31,725 bases of DNA, from positions 1 through 31,725 of the IMG/VR virus record IMGVR_UViG_3300025357_000037; one strand, written 5' to 3'. The stretch comes from a virus. Taxonomy: Duplodnaviria > Caudoviricetes. A program made the position numbers and the translations under genes. Each line of letters starts with the position of its first letter. Position 1 is the stretch's first letter. Positions 18,060 through 27,500 of this stretch are shown here, piece by piece. Under the pieces are notes generated by a model that searched no databases, was not told the origin of the DNA, and worked only from the letters and a program-made list of their open reading frames with translations.

Positions 18060-18772
18060 ACTACTTAGCTGTTAAGTCTGCTTTTGATGTTCAAAGGCCG
18101 GATAAGATATATTTTTATTATAATGAGGAGCCTAAAAACAATATTCATTGGGATAAGATGAAACAATATGTTGAGATGGTAAGGATTGATCCTCCAACAG
18201 ACATAGGAGACATATCAGTTGGCGAATGGCCGCAGCGGTGGTCTGATATTGCTCGATTGAGGATTTTATATGAAACAGGCGGTATCTACTTAGATACAGA
18301 CTGCATTCTTGTTAGGCCATTAGAAGACCTGCGCGATAATAAATGCGTCCTTTCCGGGTTCGTCGGCGACGTATCTACTTCCGTAAAACATCATGTTCAG
18401 TCTTGCTCTGCCGGAACAATAATGGCCGAGCCGGGTTCTGAATTTATAAGGATATGGCTAGAGCGTCTGCCGGAAGGTTTTAAGATGGGGCAGTGGGCGT
18501 GGCAGGTAGTAGATTTGCCAGTTCAGATATATAAAGAACGTCCAGAATTAATAACTATGTTAGATATGGAGAAGTTTCTGCCCTTTGACTTCAATGACTA
18601 CCGAATTTTTGATGAGCTTGAGGCAGAAAGTTTTATTGATGAAATAAAAGACTGTTACCTTATTCATTTATGGGACAGTTTGTGGCAGAATATACTCGAA
18701 GGGGTTAATGAAGAGTATTTGTCTACAAAGACTAATGCTTTGTCTTGCCTTCTAAGGCGTTTTATTTTCTGA
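17996..18772 (+). CDS. GT32-like (DXD sugar-binding) glycosyltransferase domain, reachable in full only by frameshift
   Basis: IPNIVHFI...YLAVKSA lies upstream of the listed ATG 18158; WSDIARLRILYETGGIYLDTD and IHLW motifs. An in-frame TGA at 17975 precedes it and there is no ATG before the conserved N-terminus. Confidence 0.85.
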   Translation: MPNIVHFIYFYGPKSRDFSYINYLAVKSAFDVQRPDKIYFYYNEEPKNNIHWDKMKQYVEMVRIDPPTDIGDISVGEWPQRWSDIARLRILYETGGIYLDTDCILVRPLEDLRDNKCVLSGFVGDVSTSVKHHVQSCSAGTIMAEPGSEFIRIWLERLPEGFKMGQWAWQVVDLPVQIYKERPELITMLDMEKFLPFDFNDYRIFDELEAESFIDEIKDCYLIHLWDSLWQNILEGVNEEYLSTKTNALSCLLRRFIF

Positions 18773-18780
18773 GAGTGGGA

Positions 18781-19044
18781 ATGGAAATGGAACCCCAAAC
18801 AATCATTAACATAACCGCCGGTTCAATACTAATGGTTGTAGGGTGGTTCGCCAGGCAGTTATGGGAAGCAGTTAAAGAACTTAGGGAAGACCTCCACAAG
18901 ATAGAAATTGAGCTCCCCACCCACTATATGCGTCGAGACGAGTTTGCCGAAGGGATGAAAGAAATAAAAGACATGCTTCGCATGATTTTTGATAAGTTGG
19001 ACGGAAAAGTTGATAAACAGTGGCCGTCGGGAAGAAAAGAATGA
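18781..19044 (+). CDS. Single-TM membrane protein, putative holin/antiholin
   Basis: N-terminal hydrophobic helix then a charged coiled coil; ATGA-coupled to the endolysin. Confidence 0.6.
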   Translation: MEMEPQTIINITAGSILMVVGWFARQLWEAVKELREDLHKIEIELPTHYMRRDEFAEGMKEIKDMLRMIFDKLDGKVDKQWPSGRKE

Positions 19045-19514
19045 GCATACCTAAACAATCTCAATGCGCTTCTCTATTTGGTAATCCAGCCGCTCCGGGG
19101 TGGGGCGATAAAAATATTGTTCACGTTGAGACGCCCTGGCAGTTAGTTATGGGCGACATCCATATCCCATACATCAAAATTAATAAGATTGCCGCCGACA
19201 GCCTAAAGCGTGTCATTGATAAGACATGGGACGCCTGTAACAAAAGCACAGACAAGATCCACCAGATACATGCCGACCAATTCAGTGGCGACTGGGTGAT
19301 CCGTCAAATGAGGGGCCTTCACACGACGTCAATGCACGCTTATGGTTTAGCAATTGACTTTGATGCGCCTCATAATCCTTTGGGATCAAGTCATGGGTTC
19401 TTTACGGCTCAAAATCCTCTCGTAAGAGCTTTTGAGTCTGAGGGTTGGACGTGGGGAGGTTCATGGTCTCACAGGCCGGATTCAATGCATTTTCAATATG
19501 CTAACGTAGGATAA
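19041..19514 (+). CDS. Endolysin, peptidase M15 family (L-Ala-D-Glu peptidase-like)
   Basis: R.MRG...SMHAYGLAIDFD and WGGSW...DSMHFQ zinc-binding motifs. Confidence 0.9.
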   Translation: MSIPKQSQCASLFGNPAAPGWGDKNIVHVETPWQLVMGDIHIPYIKINKIAADSLKRVIDKTWDACNKSTDKIHQIHADQFSGDWVIRQMRGLHTTSMHAYGLAIDFDAPHNPLGSSHGFFTAQNPLVRAFESEGWTWGGSWSHRPDSMHFQYANVG

Positions 19515-19525
19515 AGGAGAGAAAA

Positions 19526-19741
19526 ATGGGTAATCTGATACAGACATATTTTGTGGCAAATTGGAAAACAACGGCATCTGGCATTATGCTTGGCCTACTT
19601 GTTATTCTGCACTACTTCGGCATTAATGTTCCGGGCCTTGCTATTCCTTCTGACACTGGTTCGCAAATTGCAATGGTTCTTGCGGCGATTGGCCTTGTGT
19701 CTGCAAAGGATGCTTCAACTGCAGGCGTTCCCGGTAAATGA
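19526..19741 (+). CDS. Putative holin (2 TM)
   Basis: RBS AAGGAG; NWKTTASG + two hydrophobic segments + AKD. Confidence 0.7.
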   Translation: MGNLIQTYFVANWKTTASGIMLGLLVILHYFGINVPGLAIPSDTGSQIAMVLAAIGLVSAKDASTAGVPGK

Positions 19742-19986
19742 GTGCTGCTTTAATATCCACAGTCATTAGCCTCCTTGGCGGGTTCATGTCTGCGGTTGTT
19801 AGTTTTTTTAATTGGCTGCATGAGCAACAGCTTGTGCAGTCAGGCATTGCTCAAGAACAACTACAAAGCTTAAAAGATCAGGCTCATGAAGCACAAATTG
19901 CTATTGCAGCCCGTGAAGCTGTTCGCGCTGATGTCGCTAATAAGCCTGACGGCGTGCCAGTCGACGACCCTTTCGTCAGAGACTAA
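19738..19986 (+). CDS. Inner-membrane spanin (Rz-like)
   Basis: N-terminal TM segment, helical periplasmic region and DDPF.RD C-terminus; overlapped by a lipoprotein gene. Confidence 0.7.
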   Translation: MSAALISTVISLLGGFMSAVVSFFNWLHEQQLVQSGIAQEQLQSLKDQAHEAQIAIAAREAVRADVANKPDGVPVDDPFVRD

Positions 19987-20116
19987 CCACGTTTCATTCT
20001 GTGAAGCTGCCCGTGCTATATATTATTCTAGGCATGATACAGCCCCCACTCGCGCCCAAATCCGCGAACATAATGCCGTAGGTGTCGCTTTAAAATGCGG
20101 TTGGGTCAAAAAGTAG
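19886..20116 (+). CDS. Outer-membrane spanin lipoprotein (Rz1-like)
   Basis: Signal peptide with lipobox LTA-C; overlaps the 3' end of the Rz-like gene in a shifted frame. Confidence 0.78.
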   Translation: MKHKLLLQPVKLFALMSLISLTACQSTTLSSETNHVSFCEAARAIYYSRHDTAPTRAQIREHNAVGVALKCGWVKK

Positions 20117-20166
20117 CTATTTACTACGGTTTTATGGTAAACTAATCCCAAAATGCGGGGATTTAT

Positions 20167-20946
20167 ATGACGACAGGTTTATCATATGACGGCAGTGTGG
20201 CTGGCACGACAAGCTACGTCACCCAGATTTCGACGATGGCCGTTGTTAGCCCCTCAGACACTAATTTTGTTAATATATTGCCGCAGTGCATAACTTACGC
20301 TGAAAACCGCATTTATCGTGATTTAGATTTTCTATTTACGTTTGTCGCCAATACTTCTTACAGCCTCACGGTAGGAAGCCGTGTTATCTCCGTTCCTGCG
20401 GGAACTTTTGTCGTTCCAAGCCAAATAAATGTTATTACGCCGGCTGGGGTAACAAGCCCAGACAATGGCGTTAGAAACCCATTATTGCCGGTTACGAGAG
20501 AGTATCTTGACGCCGTTTATGGGAATGCATCTTACAAAAGTCAGCCAAAGTTTTTTTGTTTATTTGGAGACCCTACGGCTGCGACTGGCGGAACAAATGC
20601 GGTTGGGGTGTATAATTTCCTTGTTGGGCCGTATCCAGATAGTGCTTATCAAGTAGAGATAACTGGCACAATTAGACCGTCAAGTTTATCGTCTTCAAAC
20701 TTAACGACATTTATTAGCTTATATCTGCCAGATTTATTTATTATGGCATCAATGATTTATATTGCTGCTTATCAGCGTAATTTTAGCTCTACGATGGGCA
20801 ATGACCCTCAAATGCCTATTTCATACGAGCAGCAATATCAGGCCCTGCTTAAGGGCGCGACGACAGAAGAATATCGTAAAAAGTTTGAGGCGGCGGCCTG
20901 GAGCGATAAATCCCCTTCGGTTGTTGCTACGCCTACTAGAGGTTAA
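20167..20946 (+). CDS. Tail adaptor/tubular protein-like virion protein
   Basis: ITYAENRIYRDL, VGPYPDSAYQVE and TFISLYLPDLFIMASM; precedes the nozzle-like gene. Confidence 0.65.
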   Translation: MTTGLSYDGSVAGTTSYVTQISTMAVVSPSDTNFVNILPQCITYAENRIYRDLDFLFTFVANTSYSLTVGSRVISVPAGTFVVPSQINVITPAGVTSPDNGVRNPLLPVTREYLDAVYGNASYKSQPKFFCLFGDPTAATGGTNAVGVYNFLVGPYPDSAYQVEITGTIRPSSLSSSNLTTFISLYLPDLFIMASMIYIAAYQRNFSSTMGNDPQMPISYEQQYQALLKGATTEEYRKKFEAAAWSDKSPSVVATPTRG

Positions 20947-20949
20947 CAA

Positions 20950-23097
20950 ATGCCTCATTCTACACTAAAAATAACTGGCGGCGTAGACACGAACAGAACG
21001 CCAGCGTTAAATGAAGCGAGTATTTCTTCCGCTAATTTAATTAGATATTCTTACGACCCTCAAGGATTAACGCTTGTTCAGAAGCTTGGGGGATGGATTA
21101 AATACTTTTCTACCTCTTTGCCAGATATTGTTCGCGCACTATTGGCTTGGGAAGACACTAATGCCACAAAACATTTAGCTGTAGGACGAGAAGCCGCAAG
21201 CGCGTCTGGAGACGCATTATCAGTCATTACAAATGGTTCTTTATCAATAATAACGCCAAAAACAACGACTGATAATCCTACCATAAATATTACCACGACT
21301 TCCGGCAGTCCAAACGTAGTCGTTTATGATGCTGGCTCAAATATTCTTAATGGCGATTCTGTCTATATTCAAACACAAATAAGTGTCGGCGGATTAGTAT
21401 TATTTGGCTTATACCCATGCACTTTTTTGGGACCTGACCAGTATCAGTTAACTGCGTTAGATGCTCTTGGCGCTCCGTTAGCGGCAACGTCATCTGTTTC
21501 TTCTGGTGGTTCTGTTCCTGTATTTGCGTTTAATTCCAATTCTTCTTCCGTAACAGTAACATTAAGTAATCACGGTTATGTCGCGGGAGACACATTTCCG
21601 GTAATAATAAGCACGTATAATTCAACTGCAAATGTGACATTATACGGCAATTATACAGTTCAATCTGTTATTGATAGCAGCAACTTTACAATAAATGCTT
21701 CGGCTATTGCTGTTTCGTCATCAACTTCTACGTTAAATGGCGGCAATGCCCGTTATCAATACTTCATAACGAATGCGCCAACTCCTACAGGGACGGGGTA
21801 TGGCGTCGGCGGTTACGGACAAGGCGGATACGGGATTGGCGCCTCTGGCCCTACGCCAGTTACGGCTCCACCCATAGGGGCTTCCGATTGGTCCCTTGAT
21901 AACTGGGGCAACATATTAATTTCGTCCCCTGTTACTGTTAACACTGACGGATCTTTTTCTGGCGGCCCCATTTATCAGTGGGACCCAATTTCTTCTGCTA
22001 CGACAAATGCGTCAGTCATACCTCAAGCGCCTGTTGCTAATGACGGTATATTTGTAGCAATGCCGCAAAGGCAGATTGTTGCGTGGGGAACAACTTTTAC
22101 CGGCATACAAGACCCTCTTTTAATTGCGTGGTCTGACGTTGCAAACTTCAATTCTTGGATTCCTAATGTAACGAATCAAGCTGGTTCATATAGAATCCCT
22201 CGCGGATCTCGAATTGTTGGATGTATTCAAGGGCCGCAACAGGGCCTTATATGGACGGACTTGGCTATATGGGCGATGCAATATTCTGGCCCTCCCTACG
22301 TTTATCAGTTTAACGAAATAGGAACGGGCTGCGGCCTCATATCACGAAAAGCCGCTGGCTCCATGAACGGTGTTGTTTATTGGATGGGGCAAAGCCAATT
22401 CTTCATGCTTGGCAGTTCAGGTGTGCAAATACTTAATTGCCCTATATGGGACGTCGCATTTCAAGATTTAGATTACAACAATTTATGGAAAATCAGATTT
22501 GCTGCCAACTCAAATTATACTGAAGTGGCCTGGTATTATCCTACCGTCAGTAGTAATGGCGAAGTATCTTCTTACGTCAAATATAATGTTGCTTTAGGAA
22601 TATGGGATTACGGCCAATTATCCAGAACTGCTTGGATCAATCAATCTGTCTTAGGTTCTCCAATTGCAGCTTATCCTTTTTCTTCTGGGTCAGGTTATTC
22701 TAGCTATCTTTATCAACATGATGGCGTAGACCCAGTAACTGGTCTCCTTGTTGCTGATGCTGATGGGGTTGCTTTAAACGCTACTTTCCAAACGGGTTAT
22801 TTTGTTATTTCTGATGGAGAATGGAAAGTATTTGTCGATCAATTATGGCCGGATATGAAGTGGGGATATTATAATCAGCCACAAAATGCTAACATTCAAA
22901 TAACATTTTATGTTACGGATTACCCTGGGCAGGCCCCCACTATTTACGGGCCCTATATCGTCAATCAATCAACTCAATATATTACGCCAAGATTTAGAGG
23001 TCGTCTCTTGTCTATTGGCATATCCAGCAATGACATTGGGTCGTTTTGGCGACTGGGTGCTATAAGATACAGATACGAACAAGACGGAAAGTTTTAG
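20950..23097 (+). CDS. Tail nozzle/stabilisation protein (P22 gp10-like beta-propeller with inserted beta domains)
   Basis: 715 aa; WSLDNWG, DPLLIAWSD, NQAGSYR, IWTD, CGLIS, VYWMGQ and PRFRGR motifs; NHGY insert. Confidence 0.7.
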   Translation: MPHSTLKITGGVDTNRTPALNEASISSANLIRYSYDPQGLTLVQKLGGWIKYFSTSLPDIVRALLAWEDTNATKHLAVGREAASASGDALSVITNGSLSIITPKTTTDNPTINITTTSGSPNVVVYDAGSNILNGDSVYIQTQISVGGLVLFGLYPCTFLGPDQYQLTALDALGAPLAATSSVSSGGSVPVFAFNSNSSSVTVTLSNHGYVAGDTFPVIISTYNSTANVTLYGNYTVQSVIDSSNFTINASAIAVSSSTSTLNGGNARYQYFITNAPTPTGTGYGVGGYGQGGYGIGASGPTPVTAPPIGASDWSLDNWGNILISSPVTVNTDGSFSGGPIYQWDPISSATTNASVIPQAPVANDGIFVAMPQRQIVAWGTTFTGIQDPLLIAWSDVANFNSWIPNVTNQAGSYRIPRGSRIVGCIQGPQQGLIWTDLAIWAMQYSGPPYVYQFNEIGTGCGLISRKAAGSMNGVVYWMGQSQFFMLGSSGVQILNCPIWDVAFQDLDYNNLWKIRFAANSNYTEVAWYYPTVSSNGEVSSYVKYNVALGIWDYGQLSRTAWINQSVLGSPIAAYPFSSGSGYSSYLYQHDGVDPVTGLLVADADGVALNATFQTGYFVISDGEWKVFVDQLWPDMKWGYYNQPQNANIQITFYVTDYPGQAPTIYGPYIVNQSTQYITPRFRGRLLSIGISSNDIGSFWRLGAIRYRYEQDGKF

Positions 23098-23106
23098 GAG
23101 GCTACA

Positions 23107-23481
23107 ATCGCTACCCTTGATGACATCTTAACAACACAAAAGAATGGCGTCGTCGCCATCAATAACCTAAACCAAACCTATCGTTTTTTAGGCGGGGCGC
23201 AAACGTCTGCCGTCATTACAGCATCTGCTGGCACAACGCTTATCGCTGCGGGGTCTGGTCGAATTGTTAGTTATAATGTTTTAGTCGCGGGAACATCGAC
23301 AGGAACAATTTATAATTCATCAACGACGTCCGGGGCAAACTCCTCAAATGCCGTCGCTATTATACAGCAAGCAGTAACAACAAATTCTATTGTGGTTGGG
23401 TCTAATTTTACAAATGGTTTGGTTGTGACGCCTGGAACGGGTCAGTCCGTCAATGTCACATACTCTCTTACAGTTGCATAG
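23107..23481 (+). CDS. Unlisted 124-aa virion-like protein with ATC start codon
   Basis: Stop-free frame (M)ATLDDILTTQKNGVVAINNLNQT...GLVVTPGTGQSVNVTYSLTVA fills the gap exactly; GGAGG lies 5 nt upstream of ATC. Confidence 0.8.
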   Translation: MATLDDILTTQKNGVVAINNLNQTYRFLGGAQTSAVITASAGTTLIAAGSGRIVSYNVLVAGTSTGTIYNSSTTSGANSSNAVAIIQQAVTTNSIVVGSNFTNGLVVTPGTGQSVNVTYSLTVA

Positions 23482-23488
23482 GTGATAC

Positions 23489-23995
23489 ATGCCACTCGCT
23501 AAAGGAAAAAGCCAATCTGTAATAAGTGAAAATATTCGAGAAATGGTTCGTGCTGGCCATCCCCATGACCAAGCGGTTGCGGCTTCCCTTGAGCAAGCCA
23601 GAAACTCTTATGAAGAAGGCGGCGAGGCAAAAAGCAAAACTTTTGTCGGTCCTATTCACTCTAATGTTGCTGGCAGAACCGACCACCTACCAATTAATGT
23701 CCCCTCTGGATCTTATGTTATACCGGCAGACATCATATCCGGCTTCGGTGAGGGCAATACAATGGCCGGTTTTCAAATTGCCAACAATGTTTTTGGCAAG
23801 CAAAGTCTTGGAGAAGAACCTTCCGTTGAAATCATAGCTGCCGGCGGGGAGTATGTGATTTCTCCAGAGAATGTCGCTAGAATTGGTTCCGGTGATATTG
23901 ATAAGGGACACGACATTCTTGATGATTTCGTTACGGAGTATCGAGAGAGGCTTGTGGCTACGTTAAAGAAACTGCCTGGTCCTAAGAGGGATTAA
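23489..23995 (+). CDS. Conserved phage protein, probable internal virion protein
   Basis: MPLAKGKSQ..IS.NI.EM..AGHP..QAVAA; GRTDHLP...GSYVIPADI; AAGGEYVI. Confidence 0.75.
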   Translation: MPLAKGKSQSVISENIREMVRAGHPHDQAVAASLEQARNSYEEGGEAKSKTFVGPIHSNVAGRTDHLPINVPSGSYVIPADIISGFGEGNTMAGFQIANNVFGKQSLGEEPSVEIIAAGGEYVISPENVARIGSGDIDKGHDILDDFVTEYRERLVATLKKLPGPKRD

Positions 23996-24000
23996 TAAAT

Positions 24001-24519
24001 ATGCCGAGGAAGGAAATAGATGAGGTCGTTGTCAGAACGGCCGAATTGAAGGATATCGACTCAATAATGCATATGTGTTCCATGCTTGCCGAAGAAAATG
24101 GGATATTTAGGCCCGACGATCAGAGGGTCTTCATGGAGCTATTGCCGTTGTTGCAACAAAATGGCGGCATAATAGGCGTTATAGGTGACGTTGGAGAGCC
24201 TCTTGAGGGGATGGTCATCTTAAAAATAGGTTCACTGTGGTATTCATCAGACCCTATTGTTGAAGAGCGTGTTGTTTTTGTTCATCCCAAATTTAGGAAG
24301 GCATCAGGCGGTCGCGCTAGAAGATTATGCCAGTTTAGTAAAAAAGTTTCGGACGAACTTGGATTTCCGCTTATAATAGGGATTGTTAGTAACAACAGAA
24401 CGCAAAGCAAGGTTAAGCTTTACGAGTCAGAATTTGGTTCTCCCGCCGGCGCGTTTTTCTTATACGGCGCAAAAACAGGCCAGTGGAAGAGACCTAAAAA
24501 TGAGGCGGCATTTAAATGA
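24001..24519 (+). CDS. GNAT-like acetyltransferase
   Basis: VRTAELKDI start, VFVHPKFRK...ARRL (motif A) and KLY; position before the ejection proteins. Confidence 0.7.
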   Translation: MPRKEIDEVVVRTAELKDIDSIMHMCSMLAEENGIFRPDDQRVFMELLPLLQQNGGIIGVIGDVGEPLEGMVILKIGSLWYSSDPIVEERVVFVHPKFRKASGGRARRLCQFSKKVSDELGFPLIIGIVSNNRTQSKVKLYESEFGSPAGAFFLYGAKTGQWKRPKNEAAFK

Positions 24520-24597
24520 CTGCCAAAATTCACTTTAATGCAGTTAAGTGGTATTATTGCTCCCAATTAACCTTAACCATCCCTGGGGAATAGAATA

Positions 24598-27500
24598 ATG
24601 TGCGGTAAAGGCTCAAATAGTGGCGGCGGTCAGGGCGCACTTGGATGGGGTGGGTTAGCTCCAGCTCAACAAACAACAACGCAGGCGTCACCGCAGGCTC
24701 TTAGCTGGTATAATCAAGCTATGGGGCTTGCATCACAGGCCGCCGCCAAGCCTTACCAGCAATTTGGGACGACCCCAGAACAATTTGTCGCACAACTAAA
24801 CCCACAACAACAGGCCGCACAGCAGGGTATCGCTGAGCAGGCTGCCGCTACACTACCTTATTCTGAAATGGGCGCCGGTATGCAAGCCGCCGCGGGTATG
24901 GGCAACGCCGCTCAAATGGCCGGCGCATATATGAACCCATTTATGCAGCAAGTTGTCTCTCCAGTTCAGCAGGCCCTACAGCAACAACAGGGGCAGCAAT
25001 TGGCGCAGCAACAGGCTGCGGCCATCCAAGGCGGCGCATTTGGTGGGGATCGTGCGGGTCTTCAACGGGCTGTTTTACAAGGCCAGCAGCAACTGGGCAT
25101 GGGGCAGGCACTAAGCCCACTATATCAAACTGGATATGGGCAGGCGCTTGGCGCCGCTCAGACGGACCTTCAGCGCCAATTGGCCGCGGGTCAGGGGCTT
25201 TCACAAGCTGGGTTGGCGGCGCAACAGGCGTCACTTGGGGCCGGAACGCTTGGACAACAAACACAGCAAGCGGGCATTAACGCGCTCTATAATCAGTTCC
25301 AGCAGCAACAAATGTGGCCCTATATGCAGGCGCAATTCCTTGGTGGGCTTGCAGGAGCTCTTGGACCTCTCACTGGCACGCAGACTTATCAGGCTCAGGC
25401 GTCTAGCCCATTTGGGACGCTCCTGGCGTCTCGTGGCGGTAAAATGGAAAACCGCATGGGCGGCGCCGTAAGGGACGGCGGCGATTACTACAAAGGTGGT
25501 GTTGTCCCGCAGGGATACGCTACAAAGGGCGGCGTCCCTATTGGTGATGTTTCATATGGCAACGACGAAGACTTGGCTAGTGCGTTAGCCTCCCAGGAGG
25601 CGATGTATCAAAGCGCCCCGACGCCTAAAGACATCCCAACAAGCCAGATTCAGACCGGAACGCCTCTTGAGTCAAAACTTGGTAGCAGTGCCCAAGGCAA
25701 GAAGGGCACAAGCCTGTCAGATATTTTGGAAACTGGAAAAGAAGCAATTGGTCTGGGTAAAGATATTTATGGTCTTGGTAAGGGGGCATATGATTGGCTT
25801 ACTGGGCCAACAAATGTTGTTGGTGGCGCTGGCAGCACTGCAGTTCCGACATATGGTGGAGGTCTTTTAGACACCATTGGTTCTGGTATTGCTGATATTG
25901 GTAAAGCGGCCCTTTCTTTACTTCCATTTGGTTTTGAAGAAGGTGGCCGAGTTGACTATTCTGATAGAGGCGTTGCGTCTCGTCACGGCTACAATGGTGA
26001 AGACGGGTCGGCTGTTAAGGAAGACGGCGACATATTTGAGAGAGGCGTATTGGGAGCCGAATCTGGCCACCATCAATTTGATGAGGCTGGGCGCCCATTA
26101 AGGTCTACAAAGGGCGCGGCAGGCATTGCTCAAATTATGCCGTCAACCGGTCCAGAGGCGGCTAAACTTGCTGGACTGCCATATGATGAGCAGCGTCTAT
26201 TAAATGATGAGAAATATAATGCCGCTCTCGGTCGAGCTTATTACAACGCCCAACTTAAGAAGTTTGGAACGCCTGAACTAGCCCTCGCCGCATATAATGC
26301 TGGCCCCGGTCGCGTTCAGAAGGCATTAGAGAAAGCAGGCCCAGGCGGTGACGTTCTTTCTCTTCTCCCTAAAGAGACGCAAGCTTATGTGCCGCGCGCA
26401 CTAGGTCTTGCTGGTGCGGGGGCGCCAGATTTATCGCGTATGACGCCAAGACAACGTAGTTTCATGGCGCTTGATCAGTCTGAACGTCCTACGGGAGGGG
26501 TTGTCCCGAAAGGGGATGATGGACTTGGTGGCCTTCTTAAGCAAGAAAATGTCATTCCCGCACTAATGGGTCTTGGCTCTGCAATCTCTGGCATGGTCGG
26601 CGCTAAAACAACGTCACCAGGAGCTGCGATTGCTTCTGGTCTTGGCCAAGGATTAGTTGAAGGGGGCAAGTCATTCTTAGAAGCTCCTAAAACAATTGCT
26701 GAAGCCCAAAAACTGCGTGAGGAAGCTAAGGTTCAGGCTCAAGAGGCTCTAAAACGAGCCGCAGAAGTCGGAAAAGTTGGCGCTGAGACAGCAAGAATAG
26801 GCGTTGAAACTCGTAAAAGTGAAATAGAAAATTATTTGGCGTCAATTAAAGATACGCCATATGGGCGCGTCGTCTTCTTGGCAAATGGTGCCCCAATGTT
26901 GGCTAGTGAGTTCCAAGAACGTGTCCAACGAGGCGAAAGAGTTCCTCTACTTGGAGCATTGCCTGCAGATGCAGAAAAGAGAGCCGCAGAGGTTCTTATG
27001 CCGTCTGGTGCGGGGACGACTCCTACGGATGAAAAAAAACCTCTTACGCCAACTGAAGCCAAGAAAGAAATTATTCCATCAACGCCAGGCGTTATTTACG
27101 ACCAATCTTCACGAGAAAGAGCGAAAAGAGAGCAGGCGGTAGGATTAAACGCTGGGCCTCAAGCTGAATTGGCTAAAAAGAATAGTGAAGAATATAACAA
27201 TATGGTTCGTAATGAGGCTCAAGGAGCCAGAGAAAACGCTCCATATTTAAAAGAACTTTCTACAACTTTGGCAGACTCATATACCAAGCACGGCATGAAT
27301 GAGCCTGGATTCAAGAGTGAGATTAGAGCGGAGTTAGTTAGCGCCGCAAATACCTTATATCACTCTCTGGGTGGAGAGGGTGATCTTGGAACATTGAAAA
27401 GAGACCAAGACATAGTCAATAAAATTTCAACTTTATTGTCTTCAGAACGCGCAAGGATGGGCAATCAACATGCTTTTGCCGCGCTGGAGACAATGAAAAA

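Noticed and set aside
18158-18772. GT32 as a stand-alone gene from ATG 18158
   Set aside because: It would lack the conserved IPNIVHFI N-terminal strand encoded 162 nt upstream.
18781-18789. Lambda S-type dual-start holin regulation
   Set aside because: The spacer residue is Glu rather than basic and no supporting RNA structure was seen; too weak to call.
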